64,000 nucleotides of DNA from Trichosphaerium sp. ATCC 40318. Lineage: Eukaryota > Protista > Tubulinea. Where the stretch lies: positions 124,001 to 188,000 of the forward strand of contig JALMLS010000232.1 of NCBI GenBank assembly GCA_038496445.1, read 5' to 3'. This document shows positions 1 to 12,700 of this stretch, piece by piece (position 1 is the first letter of the stretch; the number at the start of each line of letters is the position of its first letter). The notes beneath the pieces were generated by a model, which saw nothing but the letters and a program-made list of their open reading frames with translations, searched no databases and had not been told where the DNA came from. The position numbers were made by a program, and so were the translations under genes.

Positions 1-381
1 CCTTGGTTCAAGCCTTCGGTACGCCTAACAAAACACGTTTGTAAACAAAAAAATACCTGACAACCTGCTACTAGTGTTAAACCTGCCAATGCCCTACCAA
101 TGTATGGCTATTCTTGGCTATGGCCTTCGCATAAGCTAGTTATAGTTAACCTTCAAAAAACACCTTTTGATGCTCAGTGTGCCATCCGAATATTTGCACG
201 TGTTGACACGTAAGAACTACATTCACGTTCTAACTTTGAGAATATTAATAATAAATATTTTAGGGTGATGGAGATGCTATGTAAAAAACTCGGTGTAGAC
301 ATAGAAAAATGGAGTGATACTGGTTATACTAGAACGCCAGAATTTGCAAATTCATTTCCTGAAAAGTGGCCCTTCAGGTGA
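1..381 (+). CDS. NAD-dependent deacylase, sirtuin class IV (SIRT6/7-like), 3' part only
   Basis: Splicing two short GT-AG introns gives LGSSLRVKPANALP...KLVIVNLQKTPFDAQCAIRIFARVDTVMEMLCKKLG...WPFR*. The LGSSL and VIVNLQxTP motifs are typical of sirtuin C-terminal halves. Confidence 0.85.
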
Positions 382-1236
382 CCTACATTCGCAAAGTTTG
401 TGCGTACCTAACTGCTAATGTATTTGTAGGTCTAAAGGATCTCAATGGAAATAACCTTGTACTTCTGTATGTTCAATTGTAGCTATAAACATGTGTCTAT
501 GTTATTCGGCTCTTTTTATTCTGCTCTTGCGAAGCAATTCAATATTTCTAGCGATATTTATATCAAGGTCTTTATAAAAACGACAAGTCACTTGCCTTAG
601 ATTCTTGTAAGGTTTGTATATCCTTGAAGTTGATTGATTCGGTGTGGACCTTTGTTTAGGTGTCAGTGATCACATGTAAACGTTGAGAAATAAGATGAAA
701 TGTCACTAATCATAGAACGGAGCATCGCGTCACCAGTTAATAGCGATACCTGTTATGCGTATCATGGATCTAGAGCCCAGCGTACACTAAGAGCTATGAA
801 TCAAATATTTTTAAAAAAGGAATAACAGTTTCACGTGTACAGTATGGATAACCACGTGCTACAAGCGAAACTTCTCAATAGAAATAGGGCGGCTCTTCTT
901 GCCAAATTAAGATGAATCTTACTTACAAGATACACTACCCAAACACAATAGTGTAGAAGCTGTCGTATATTCACTAGGCTCTCTATGTACCTCTTCGCTC
1001 CTCGAAAAATCACTTAACAAGAGGTGCTACACCACATTGTTTGTTATCTTGGTAAAGGGCATATTTGTTTTAATCAACTAGAAATGTGGGAAAGCCAGAT
1101 TTCAATCACATGAAAACACATGTGTACCATTACGCCAACAGTCCAAAACCGTCATATAAGAAGTTAGCAATAACGCTTATACGCCATCAAAAAAACAAGC
1201 GATTTTAACTCACTTTGGTTCTATAAGCTTCAAAAC

Positions 1237-2592
1237 ATGCATACATTCGTCGCTCTTATTTTAGCGTTAGTGGGTACATACTGTTGTCAGCGACCCCCTA
1301 GCTTCATTGCTGCTATCCCCAATGTACTTTCAACAGAAAGTAGGGTAGTTACACAAACAATAGGAGATTTTACTAGTAGTACGTATCTCCATTTCAACAA
1401 CGCCACGTGCTAATAAGACAAGTGGCAGAATCTTTCGATGTGACATTCACAGATCTTACAATGGTATCTGGAAGACCTGTATCTAAGGCACTAAGTACGC
1501 AGTTTACAATTAGAAAAGTCTTTCATCAGTATTTTCTTGAAAGAAACCAAAACTGTTTTTGTAGTGGTTGCTCTTGATGGTTCTCTTTTGGTGTTTTTCC
1601 AAGGGGACGAATTTGTAGTAAAGACACAAGATGATGTTGAAATATGTAGAGGCAATAATGGGTTGGACAGAGCAAATGATCCATATAATGGCGGGAGCTT
1701 TGTCTCTGAAAACAAGTTCTTCATACTCGGGACCTTAATAGGCAACAGCCATTTTATTGAGTATACTCTTGACACCTCTTCGCCGGATTGCATTTCAGCG
1801 CCTGTAACATCATGTACTGCGCCAAACGGAGCTTCAGATTGTAAGTGCGGTATTATGTTTTTGGGTCAAGTCTACATCTACTTTTAGGCTCACTTAGTAA
1901 GAAAACTATGAGTTTGATACATTCTTGAGAATCGGAAATTACTAACGAACAGTCTTGTTAAATTCTAACATCTAATTAACTTTACCTAGTTGTGATTGAT
2001 GGTGATACAGTTTACGTGTTACTAAGCATCTCTGGAACAGCACAAGTACATAAGTATCCAACGTCAGCTTTAGTTTCTGGAGCACCATGCGAGTTTACAA
2101 ATCAAGAAGCATCACGTTTGGTTATTTTGCCATTCGTTTCATTAATAGAAGTACTCGATGAAGATAGCCTCATTGTTGTAACCTCAAGTGCTACTATTTC
2201 CCAGATAGACAAGATGACAGGTACACTTGAGCAAGTGACAGCGGTTTTAGCTAATTATTTTCGAAAAAAGGTGCCGTAACTTCACTTGGACCAACCACTC
2301 TTCCAATATTCACTTACTACCCTGGATTTACTCCACCACCGCCTCTACCAGTATGTGTTTCACGGTAAGATGCAGACTTTTTGGAGAGAATATTCTTTCT
2401 TCTTTTTTTCCTTTTTTTAGTTACTACCCAAACTCATTCTCATTTATTGGGTAGCAAACGATCAATACATTCTGACAAAGAACGAATACAGCTTTTACAC
2501 CGTTAAATTTATTCAGTATTATCAATCTAATAAATCAATATTACGTCATAAAGGTTTACGTTGAAGTAGTCCCAAGCAACTTAAATGTCTGA
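1237..2592 (+). CDS. Hypothetical secreted protein (multi-exon)
   Basis: ATG at 1237 opens a signal peptide (MHTFVALILALVGTYC). Exons match ORFs 1537-1887 and 1992-2279, followed by a Pro-rich segment (PGFTPPPPLP). The 3' end is approximate. Confidence 0.6.
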
Positions 2593-2781
2593 AGTGTAAG
2601 TGACCTCTCTTACTTAGTTGTTGGATCAAATTATGAATTCTTCAACTTAAATGCCAGTTGGTTATCATAGCACAAATCAACAGTAGAAGACGAGAAACTG
2701 TAGTGATTTGAGATTGCATGAAGACAGACCGAGCAAATGTTTCACTTTTTCAATGGCATCACAAAGCAAAACATGTGGTTT

Positions 2782-4191
2782 CTAGGTTGATGGAAACGAG
2801 TTGGTGAATACAAAGCATGGTAGCAATGTTAATTAACAACTGAAGACACAATTCATGAGTGCTGATGGCATAAAACATAGTAGGATTGAGGACTGTGATT
2901 AATTATTCAGAAGACTTTGTATGATACACTAGATTAGTACATTTCCCTGTAAAGCTAGAAACATCTGATGTTTTAAACTCGAAGTCTGCTATCCCCTTTG
3001 TAGAGTTCTTTTTGGCTAGTTCAGCCAAGAAACTATTCAGTGGACTCTTCTCTTCACCAATATAATCCTCAAGCTAAAAAAAAACCACTTAGTACTTGCG
3101 AATGAAACAGCCTTAGAATAAACTGATTTTACCTTCATCCACTTGCACTCAGCTATTTCTCCTTCTTCAATAGTAATATCAAAAGATACTGGCTTTAATC
3201 TAGCAACAAAGTAGATGTCGTCCCTAACATGACAATTAGATTTTTTAATAAAGCAACACAAAAAATATAGTCAGAAAAGCTTTTAAAGTGTTATTGCAAT
3301 AGCGTGAATACGAAGATAAAATAAGCCATTACGTACTGGTCAAAAGGACCTTTATGGCTATGACGAAATCCAAGCAATGAGATAAACTCTGTATCAATAT
3401 TCGTCTCTAATACCATGTTAAAAGAAAGAAAAAAGAGAGAAACAACAAAAAAAAACGATTGCATAAAGAACAACTTCATTGATAGTATTCTATGTACCTT
3501 CTTTAACTTCACGTATTGCAGCATCCACAATGCTTTCGCCTGATATAATAATTAGATTATCAGAGAGCATGGTAGAACAAGCGAATTCTGTTCCGCTTGT
3601 TTGTTCACGTGATTGTTACAAACCTGCATCAATAGTGCCTCCTGGCATCTTCCACATGCGTGCTGAAGAGTATACTTCTTTTATAGCTAGAATCTCATTC
3701 TTTTCATTAATAACAAGTCCACCAACGCCTTGGAACGATCAACAAAAACGGAGAAACTCGACTTAGAAAGTGGGAAAAAAAAGCTTGTTTTTTGTTGTTT
3801 ACCAGTGTATGTGTGCGCTTTCAATGGTAACTTATTTGGTTCGTCTTTTGGGAGCCATCTTGTGAGCATTATGTACTCTGGGGTGCAGTGATGAAGTATG
3901 AATTCGTTCTGCGTGTGTATTTATATTTAGTACTGTTTTATGGTATGTGAACGCACGCTTATAGCGTCTGATACATATTTAGCTGCCGATGAAGGGATTT
4001 TAAGCCAAATTCCCCTACGAGAGTCTTTTTGATACTGCTCGAGTATTGCTAGCGTTATTAGGCGATAAAGTAAGCGTAGGAGTAGAATTACCAGCGAGAT
4101 TTGTGGAGAAGTCTTTGTTTGATAGCGAAGTATCATAAACAGTAAGCTTCATGCCTCCATATCTATCAGGACCTGTTTCATCAAGTGCCAT
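2782..4191 (-). CDS. Nudix hydrolase (NUDT6 / plant NUDT2-8-like)
   Basis: The spliced product starts with DRYGG and contains RRGIWLKIP, MLTRWLPKDEPNKLP, GVGGLVINEKNEIL, the Nudix box WKMPGGTIDAGESIVDAAIREVKEETNI, and DIYFVARLKP. Confidence 0.88.
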
Positions 4192-4281
4192 TTTGATCTG
4201 TCAGTAAAAAACGTTCAACAAAACACCTTAAGTCCAAACAAACAACTTAATTTATACTACACTTGTGCACTTTAATGTACA

Positions 4282-7160
4282 TCACAACTTAGCCTCTAAA
4301 AGCGGTTTCACGCCTGAATTCCAATAACTAGTTTCCATAGATCCTTTTCTACTATCAAATAACGTTAGAAACTTGTACAAGCTCATCACGTGAGACAACA
4401 GCAAAGTATTTTTAAAATATAAAATACGAACCTTTTGACATGTTCAAAGTATTTCTCGTAGATATTCCCGTCATAGTTTCCTAGAGTTGATAGCATCCAA
4501 TCTGGATAATTGAATGCGTCTACAAGAGATATAATTTCACTTTTAAAGGAACATGACATCTCGATAAATTTTCTCTTAACAAAAGTACTCTACCCCAATT
4601 TAGAAAAAAATTGTCTGGTAATTCTGACATTCTTGCCTGATGTGGGAGTAACATAGACGACTCAAGAAGCTCGGGTATTAATTTGTACACGCAATATAAA
4701 CTGTAGTATTCACATAAAGTACGTATGATGCGTGTGAGAGCGTTATCTTGTGAGTAATGTCAAAAATAATTCGTATTTTGTAAGCGATAAATGAGTGAAC
4801 ACTTACCTTCTAATTGCTTGCTCATTTTCTCATACGCAAGTTTTAATTGTATATAAATCGTATGAGGTTTACTAGCTTCAACGAGTTCTACTTGATATTC
4901 ATTCCACTAAAGAATTTCAGCAAACCAAAAAAAAGTTACTGTTCTTACAACATCTTTACCAGTATCTGAAAACATAGCGACTTTCAAGCTCAAAGACTGC
5001 ACCTAAAAGTTGTATCAATATTTAATATGCACTATCCATATACTCACAGTATGACAGGACAACCTACGTAATAATTCCAAACATACCAAAGGCGACAAAT
5101 CTTCTACAAAAGAAATTAATATTATTTTCCGAGAAAAGCTTAATCTGTCATGTACTTGTAGAAAATGAGAAAGGCATGCTCAAAATCTCTTCTGTATCTG
5201 CTAAGTAACTGGCAAAACCTTGTACAGCTATAGCTTTTCCTTCGTAAACTTGTATTAAGTAACGTGCACACTGCTGTGCAAGAACCTATGCTCATATGTG
5301 AGCTTTGGTTTTAACAAAAAAAAAACTTACAATGTTGTCTCCACCGCCTGTTGTGATAACAGCAAAGTCGTTTGTGAGAGTAGGTAAACCACTACATAAA
5401 GGCTATGTTATTCAATAAAAACATAGTTTCAAGCGTACCTGTACTTAGAGTAAGCATGTCCTCCCATTGCTCTTCTAATTGTTTCTAAATCGTCCATTGC
5501 TTGCCATCCCATCCAAGCCTTATGAAGAAATAAGCACATGGATGATAATACGATTACTAAAGGTACCTTACAACCAGCACTAACAGCGTGGTAATCCTGA
5601 GCAGCAATTAGGAAATCTGTTGTTGTATTCTTGTCACGAGACAACAAGTAAGCATCATTCCAGCCTTCACGAAGCGAACTAGAGAGTTCAGTTAATAAAT
5701 TAAAAATAGAATTGTTTTCAAGGATTATTTACGTTGCTATAACCTTTGATGCTATAGTGGATGCAATAATAGGCATTAATCGGACTTGATGGGTCTGGAA
5801 ATCCATAATATATTGACCACATCCCTACCAACAGAGTAAACGACCTGTGAATAACCTGACGGACATCTTACTTGTCTCCTGACAGAAGCGTATCTCACAG
5901 CTATTGTTACAGCTTGAGACACAGTTATATAAATTCCTGGTAGAACAGCAAGACGCTCTCCAATAAGAGTAGCATAAGAAAGAGATTGATGAGGCATCGG
6001 AGTATATTCACCTTGTTTTTAATAGTTAATGTGAGAAATTACAGTATGCGAATATACCCGATTTACTGATCTTAACACAACGTTAGAAATGGCCCTTTGG
6101 CAAAAATTACTTACTGAAGCCCATCTAGAAAGCATATTTTCGTGTGGAATACGAACAGAGGAGAACTGTATCCATCCGTTATCTAGCCCATGTCGCCCCA
6201 GTTTTTCACCTGTAGAATATCAATAAACCAACAATAACAAAAGCATTTTGTTACCAACATCTCCTGCAGAAACCCCAGGCATTAACTTTCCATCACGTGA
6301 TCGCAGAGGTACAATAAACCAATGTAATCCTAATTTCTCCCCATCCACAATAAGTTGTGCCAAGCAAACTGTATGCGTTGCACTTTGCCCTGCCATACCA
6401 ATCCACCATTTTGTGCCTGTTAGGCTATTTCTAGTAAGTACGTCTATTCATTGTCACGTGCTTACCTCTGCGTAGTAATAACAAACTCACTAGTTGCACG
6501 GTCAAATGTTGCAGTAGTCTCTAGTCCACGTAAATAAGAGCTGTGGCCTAATTCTGTCATTGCAAAACACCCAAGCACATTCCAGCTATCAATATCTTCT
6601 TGCCACTTCTCAAACTGCTCATCAGTGCCTAAATAAAACACTCAGCACGCTGTAAACACCAATAAACTGGTGACAACCTTGAGCCCATATAGTTTCTCTA
6701 AACAGCACAAGATGAACATAGATACGCATACCAAATGACCTAAAGTTCAACCGTTAATTCAGCACGTGTTTTAAGGAAAAAAAGCACCCGTACTTGTCAT
6801 ATTTTTGCATGGTTATATAAAATGATCTAACAAACTCTTGGTCGTGTTTATGAGCGCTCACAATCTCAGCACAACGATGCATACGCGCCATTGTCCTTGG
6901 GGCATTTAAGGTTACCAAAACGTTACGTAAATCGACACATACTGTTCTTTCTCTTGATTTGAAGTTAAATCGAATGGTCGTGAGCCACATAGTACTTTAT
7001 CTCGTTTTATTATACGGAAAGCACGCTCCTGTTGTACGTTATCGGTTTATAGCACTCCATTGAAGCGTACCTGACGCTCTGTTTCTTCTTTAGAGCCATC
7101 AAGCCAATAAGTGAGTTTTCTTCTGTCAAAAGTAGCCCTAATGCGCCTTCCAACCAGCAT
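4282..7160 (-). CDS. ACOX: Peroxisomal acyl-CoA oxidase
   Basis: The start reads [23 protein letters not shown]. Motifs include [34 protein letters not shown] and [10 protein letters not shown]. The C-terminus ends in the PTS1 signal AKL*. Confidence 0.93.
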
Positions 7161-7326
7161 TGTTGTGTTCACGACTGTTTTATGTATAAAAATTATGTGC
7201 GGAATGTCAATACTTTTTGTTTTGCTTTGGTACCTGGAGAATATGTATAGAGCTAAAAGCTGTTCAAGGTTGAGCGAAATGACACGTTCACGACTTAATC
7301 TGACAGAATTTTCTTGTTGTACAGTC

Positions 7327-8690
7327 ATGGATGTGGGACGAGAGTATGCGAAATTGACCGGCTCAGCAAGCACCGCTATCAAGTTTTTGGAGTTCATACG
7401 CACAAACAAGCTCAGAGAATCCCACTTAGTTTATAAGTGCGGAAAACCATTGATACAGCGTAGTAGTAGTAGTTTAGGCAACCAAAGTACTGTATTACAG
7501 TTTTTTGAAGCGAAATTTATTCAAAATAGTTTGGACTGCTCTAGAACAAGTAGCTGTAGCTTCACTAGATGTAGGTGACTTAGAATTTGCGGAAGTACGT
7601 TCGAAAACCTTTATAACCACACTAACGATCCCAAGGAGTGCTATAATAAACTGTTGAAGCAATTTACTAAAACGCCACGAGTTTTGCGTCTACGTGTACG
7701 TGGTGCTTTTTGATAACACCCAAACGTGCCATAAAACCATCAGCCAATCATACGACGACAAGTGTCAACTAATTGAAATGAATTAGGCGTTGTGTCTCGA
7801 AGCAGTTGGAGACCTTGATAGGGCCCGTAGCATATACGAGGCACTCGTGCTAAAGGATCCGACGGATCAAGAATCAATGAAGAGACAGATTGCTATTTGT
7901 CTTCAAAAAGGCAATACAGCACAGTACGTATACGTGCATTCGCGCAGAATTACAGCCCTCTAGCGCTTTACAGTACCTAACATCGATTTAGAGCAATTGA
8001 AAAATTAAATCAGTATTTGAGCGTTTTCATGTCTGACGTTGGTATGACTTTCCTCTAAACTGCATAAAAACCTTTTAAATAATATTATGTAGATGCTTGG
8101 AGGACTCTAGGAGATATTTACATCAAACAACAAAAGTAAGTTATCATTCTTTGGTTTTTTTTTTATTTTACTTTTTGTGATTTTGCAATTTCTTCGGTTG
8201 TACGACTAGTTATTGCGGTTTTTTAATGTTTTTATAGGTTCACATATGCTCTTCATTGTTACGAAATGCTCATACTTGCTGAACCGAACAACCATAGATT
8301 GTATAATCAATTAGCAGACGTATGATGTTTGAAAAATACAAAAAAGAAGAATGTTGATAATTTATTCTCTATCTAGATCCTCTATACTATAGGTGGTCGC
8401 GAAAAGCTCAAGTTAGCAAACCAATATTACTCATATTCTCTTGAACTATGTGCTGAAAATAATCCAAGAGCATTATACGGAGTGATACTGGTGCGATCAA
8501 ACTGGTTGTGAATTTTTTTTTAACTTTTTTTTTCAAAGACCGCCGCAGAACGCAAACCACTTGAATCAAAGAAGAATGTTACTACACTCAATGAACTAAC
8601 AAAATTGAGTAAAGAGAAGCTAATCGCAGCATACGATAAAAAAAATGTAAAGCTGGCTAGTGCTGTCAAAGAAACCTTGAAACAATTTTA
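7327..8690 (+). CDS. EMC2: ER membrane protein complex subunit 2 (TPR protein, TTC35)
   Basis: Spliced exons read WTALEQVAVASLD, RVLRLRALCLEA, AIEKLNQYLSVFMSDVDAW, ALHCYEMLILAEPNNH, ADILYTIGG and NPRALYG. Confidence 0.88.
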
Positions 8691-8885
8691 AAAACAGAGA
8701 ACAAATAATAATAAAACAACACTTCAAAAAAAATAGTGTGCTTTCAACTTACCAAGAACAAGTTGGGAGTCCTAGTTACCCTCCAAGATACTGCAAGTAT
8801 AGGGTGTTGATATGCAGCTCAAAACAAAAAGATCCATGGAACCGAAGCTCCAAGATTAATTAGACAATTTAATAAGGAATTACTG

Positions 8886-9356
8886 ATGGATCTGGGAGGA
8901 GTACATACCATCAATCTTGAGAAGACTTCAGTGACAAATGAAGGTGTCAAAGCTATTGCAGGAGTACATACTATCAATCTTAACAACACTTCAGTGACAG
9001 ATGAAGGTGTCAAAGCTATTGCAGGAGTACATACTATTTCCCTTCGCAGCACTTCAGTAACTGATGAAGGTGTCAAAGCTCTTGCAGGAGTACATACTAT
9101 CAATCTTGACTACACTTCAGTGACAGATGAAGGTGTCAAAGCTATTGCAGGAGTACATACTATTAATCTTGGCAACACTTCAGTGACAGATGAAGGTGTC
9201 AAAGCTCTTGCAGGAGTACATACTATCAATCTTAACTACACTTCCGTGACAGATGAAAGCATCAAAGAACTTGTTGGTGCTCATAAAATTAGCGCTTGGG
9301 GTACAAATGGAGTAACAAATGAAGCTATCAGATCTTGCACACATAAAAATCGTTAA
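8886..9356 (+). CDS. Intronless leucine-rich repeat protein (21-aa repeats), possibly 5'-truncated
   Basis: Six near-identical GVHTINLxxTSVTDEGVKA(I/L)A units plus one degenerate unit. It is the same repeat as in the gene at 21686 but has no F-box N-terminus. Confidence 0.7.
   Translation: MDLGGVHTINLEKTSVTNEGVKAIAGVHTINLNNTSVTDEGVKAIAGVHTISLRSTSVTDEGVKALAGVHTINLDYTSVTDEGVKAIAGVHTINLGNTSVTDEGVKALAGVHTINLNYTSVTDESIKELVGAHKISAWGTNGVTNEAIRSCTHKNR
8898..9275 (+). repeat. 63-bp coding tandem repeat, 6 copies
   Basis: Unit GGAGTACATACTATCAATCTT-NNNNNN-ACTTCAGTGACAGATGAAGGTGTCAAAGCT(A/C)TTGCA is read directly from the sequence. Confidence 0.95.
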
Positions 9357-9761
9357 GGTTGCTCAATTTTTAGTATCAAAGCTCTTTTGACAGCAGGTTG
9401 AATCAGGAAAAGATCAATGAATAATTCTTCATTTTATTTCAATAATAATAAATAACAAAATAATGTTGTTTTGCACTATCAATATATCCTTTTGTTGCCA
9501 TGTGACCAATGTAATATAGCCCCGTGTCCAGTGGATGTAACAGTGAGCATGAGTGTTTTAAAGGAACTCAGCAGGGAATCTAGCTGAAGCAGGACATAAA
9601 GTCAAGATATTCAAGAGCAGAAACTTGTATTCAGTATTTTTTATTATTTGATAGTAAAAAAAAAACGAAAGGGTTGGATATCTTTTGAATAGTTTAGTGA
9701 GTTTCATCTTCGTTTTTTTTCCATTATTGAAGTTTTTGCTAAATTACATTTTGTGGTAATA

Positions 9762-12700
9762 CTAAGCTATTGGCTTGGTTGATTTATCAATAAGGTAAAA
9801 TATAGACTTATATGATACACCACCAGCATGTAAACTGAGAGCCATTTCACATGTCCTACTTGAGGAATAACCTACAAAAAAAAATCAGTACAAACAATAA
9901 CATGTTGTTTTTTCGTGTTGAATCACTGACCTTGTAATGAGTTTGGATCAGTTGCTGTTCTCTTTAAGTGTGGTTCAAGTGTAGTCAAACCCTGTTTTGT
10001 AAGCTCTGGGAATAGTAATCCACGGTCACCAGCCATACCACAGCATGCAACTTGTGAATCAATAACACGCTTACTGCATAATGATGCAAGCGACATATGC
10101 ATTGCTTCATTTCCCATTTTCTTTCCTGAGCATGGTGTATGAATAGTAACTTCATCTTCAGTCTTCTCCCAAGACAGTCTGTCAACCAGGAAGTCGTTGG
10201 CAAACTGAACAGGGTCCACGATATTCAACTTTTTCTTCCCTTCCTAAAACATCAAAACATTAAAAAAAACAGAATCTAAATGAAGTGAATGACGTACAGG
10301 TACATGTGTAAGTGTATGTAAAGCGCAAGGGCTCATATCACTAAGGATAGGAATAGTACCACCTTCTGAGGCCTTATACATAGCATCATAAAACTCAGAT
10401 CCTTTGGTTTTTGTTGTATCAACAAACCCCTAAAAAGTTGTTAGAAAACAAGAAAGTACATGTAACTTCTTCAGTTTTTTTGTTCAAGCTCATCACTCTT
10501 TTGAGATTATAGCGCTTTACTGCTATTTGGGAAATATAGGGTGCATACCTTACTGTCAAATGCCATACCACAACATAAGTTATCTACATTATTTGGAATA
10601 ACAACATCAAAATTTGCTTTCTTTAATACATTGAATAATGTATTTTGTATAGGTTCAACTTGTGGTCCTTTTGCAGGTGATCCCATAAGCCTATTAGCAC
10701 ATCCGCTAAAGTAAACAACCTTCTTCTTATCAATAGAGGAAGAAGAGCTAGAAGGTTCACTTGTAGCTGCAGGAGAAGGTGAAGAAGCTTCCCTTGAGAA
10801 CGCCGCACGTGGCATCTGATTGTGCCATTCTGGTACAAAAGAAAACACTTTCCTTGCCATCTGAGACATTGATGTCATAGCAGAGTCTCCAATTACTGAT
10901 GATAACATATTTGCAGCATGTAAGCCTCCACGAAGTAAATGAGATACTGTGGAGAAATTATTAGCTATAAATCCAGCTTGCCACTTGTTGATGCTGCTTT
11001 GTTCTGTGCGTCTCATTTCTTTTACCAAGTTTCCGGTGTTGACTAAGATAGAAGTAAGCAATGAAACGTCTGCTCGCTGTTGGTGTATCAATTTAAAAAG
11101 AAGGGTACGTACTCTTAACTGGACACTTTGAAGCGCACATGCCAGTTGTGGCACATGTGGAATCGCCAAGGTAAGGCCAAGCTTTTTTAAATTCGTCTAA
11201 ACGCTCACTGTTGTTGCCTTCTGTTGATGCTGCTTCAAGGCGTGCCATTTCTCTTGTGACTGTGATACGTTGTCGAGGCGTGAGTGTCAATTCGCTAGTA
11301 CAGTGATTAGAAAAAATATAAAGCCAAGGAATTACTAACCGTGAAGGACAAACGCTTTCACAAAAACCGCATTCAATGCAGTTATCAATAATTGGATTAG
11401 CGGCAGGCATTGCCTTTGTATTCTTTCATATGTGTTAGTGACAATAACCAATAGATAGCCATTTATATGTACCTTAACATGAATAAGCGGATCATCATTC
11501 AAAATAACACCAGGGTTCAAAATACCTAAAACAAGTTTAGAATAAAAATTAAAAGGAGAAGAGTAACAAAACCTTGAGGATCAAACAACTTCTTTGTTTG
11601 TTGCATGACCTTGTACGCATCAGATCCCCATTCCATTTCTACGAATGGAGCCACATTTCTTCCAGTACCATGTTCAGCCTTACAAAAGGTGTCAGAGTAC
11701 CATCACATTAACATAAAGAATAGTTTACCTTAAGACTGCCTTCGTACTTATCAGCTACTGTATAACACAAATCATCCATCATATTCTTATATCTTTGTGT
11801 ATCTTTCTCATTTTGGAAAGATTGAGCGAACATAAGATGCAAATTACCATCTTTGGCATGACCAAAGATAATCGCATCATGATAGTTGTGTTTTGCAAAG
11901 ACTTCCTAAATTTTTTTCTTTAGTTGATAAGAACACGATAATTATCTCTTTACCTTCAGTTCCATAGTCATAGGAGCTAGGCGCTCAACATCACATGCAA
12001 CATCTTCAATGATACAGGATGTTGATACAGGCTTTGTAGCACCAGCAGTAGTCAATAGAGCTTTTCTGACATCCCACAACTTGTTGTATTCGGAAGGAAC
12101 ATCAGTAAATTCTAGACAAAAATAATTAGTGCTGAAAGACACTTGTATTTGTGAATAACGCACCAACGTCACGTATAGTCTTGAAACCTTTAAGTGTATT
12201 AGATACACCATCAATTTGTTTGCGTAGTGTAGCAGCAGAGTCAGCGCAAGTCTCAACAAGAAGAGAACAAACATTATCATCTAAGTTGCTTGGAACGCCT
12301 AATACGTTGTTAACAACTAACAGTTTTAAGGCGCCTTGCTTATCCCACGTACAAGAGTCTTTTACTGAGCGTAAACTGGCACTATCCATAAGCTCTACAG
12401 CATCTAATGAAGCGCCTTGTTTCAACATTTGAACTGCTTCACAAGCAGTTCCGATTGTATCAAAGAACAATAATGATGAAGCTTTATGTCGCTTCTCTTC
12501 TACTGTCTTTAAGATAACTTCGCCTATAGCCTTCATCAATACTTGTATTCAAGAGACTTCTTTACATACCTATGAATCCGAGGGTTCCTTCACTACCAAT
12601 CATAATATGCTTCAAGATTTCCAAAGGATCGTTGTAGTCAACAAAAGCATTTAAACTGTATCCGGTGGTATTTTTAATTTGATACTTCCGTTTAACCTTT

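Noticed and set aside
7326-7329. ACOX and EMC2 sharing one palindromic CATG as overlapping start codons
   Set aside because: The in-frame minus-strand ATG at 7328 exists. However, the ATG at 7160 (ACAACAATG; [12 protein letters not shown]) aligns with normal ACOX N-termini and is the more plausible start.
8898-9275. CRISPR-like array (constant repeats with variable inserts)
   Set aside because: The variable part is only 6 nt, the period is 21 codons in an open frame, there are no cas genes, and the context is eukaryotic.
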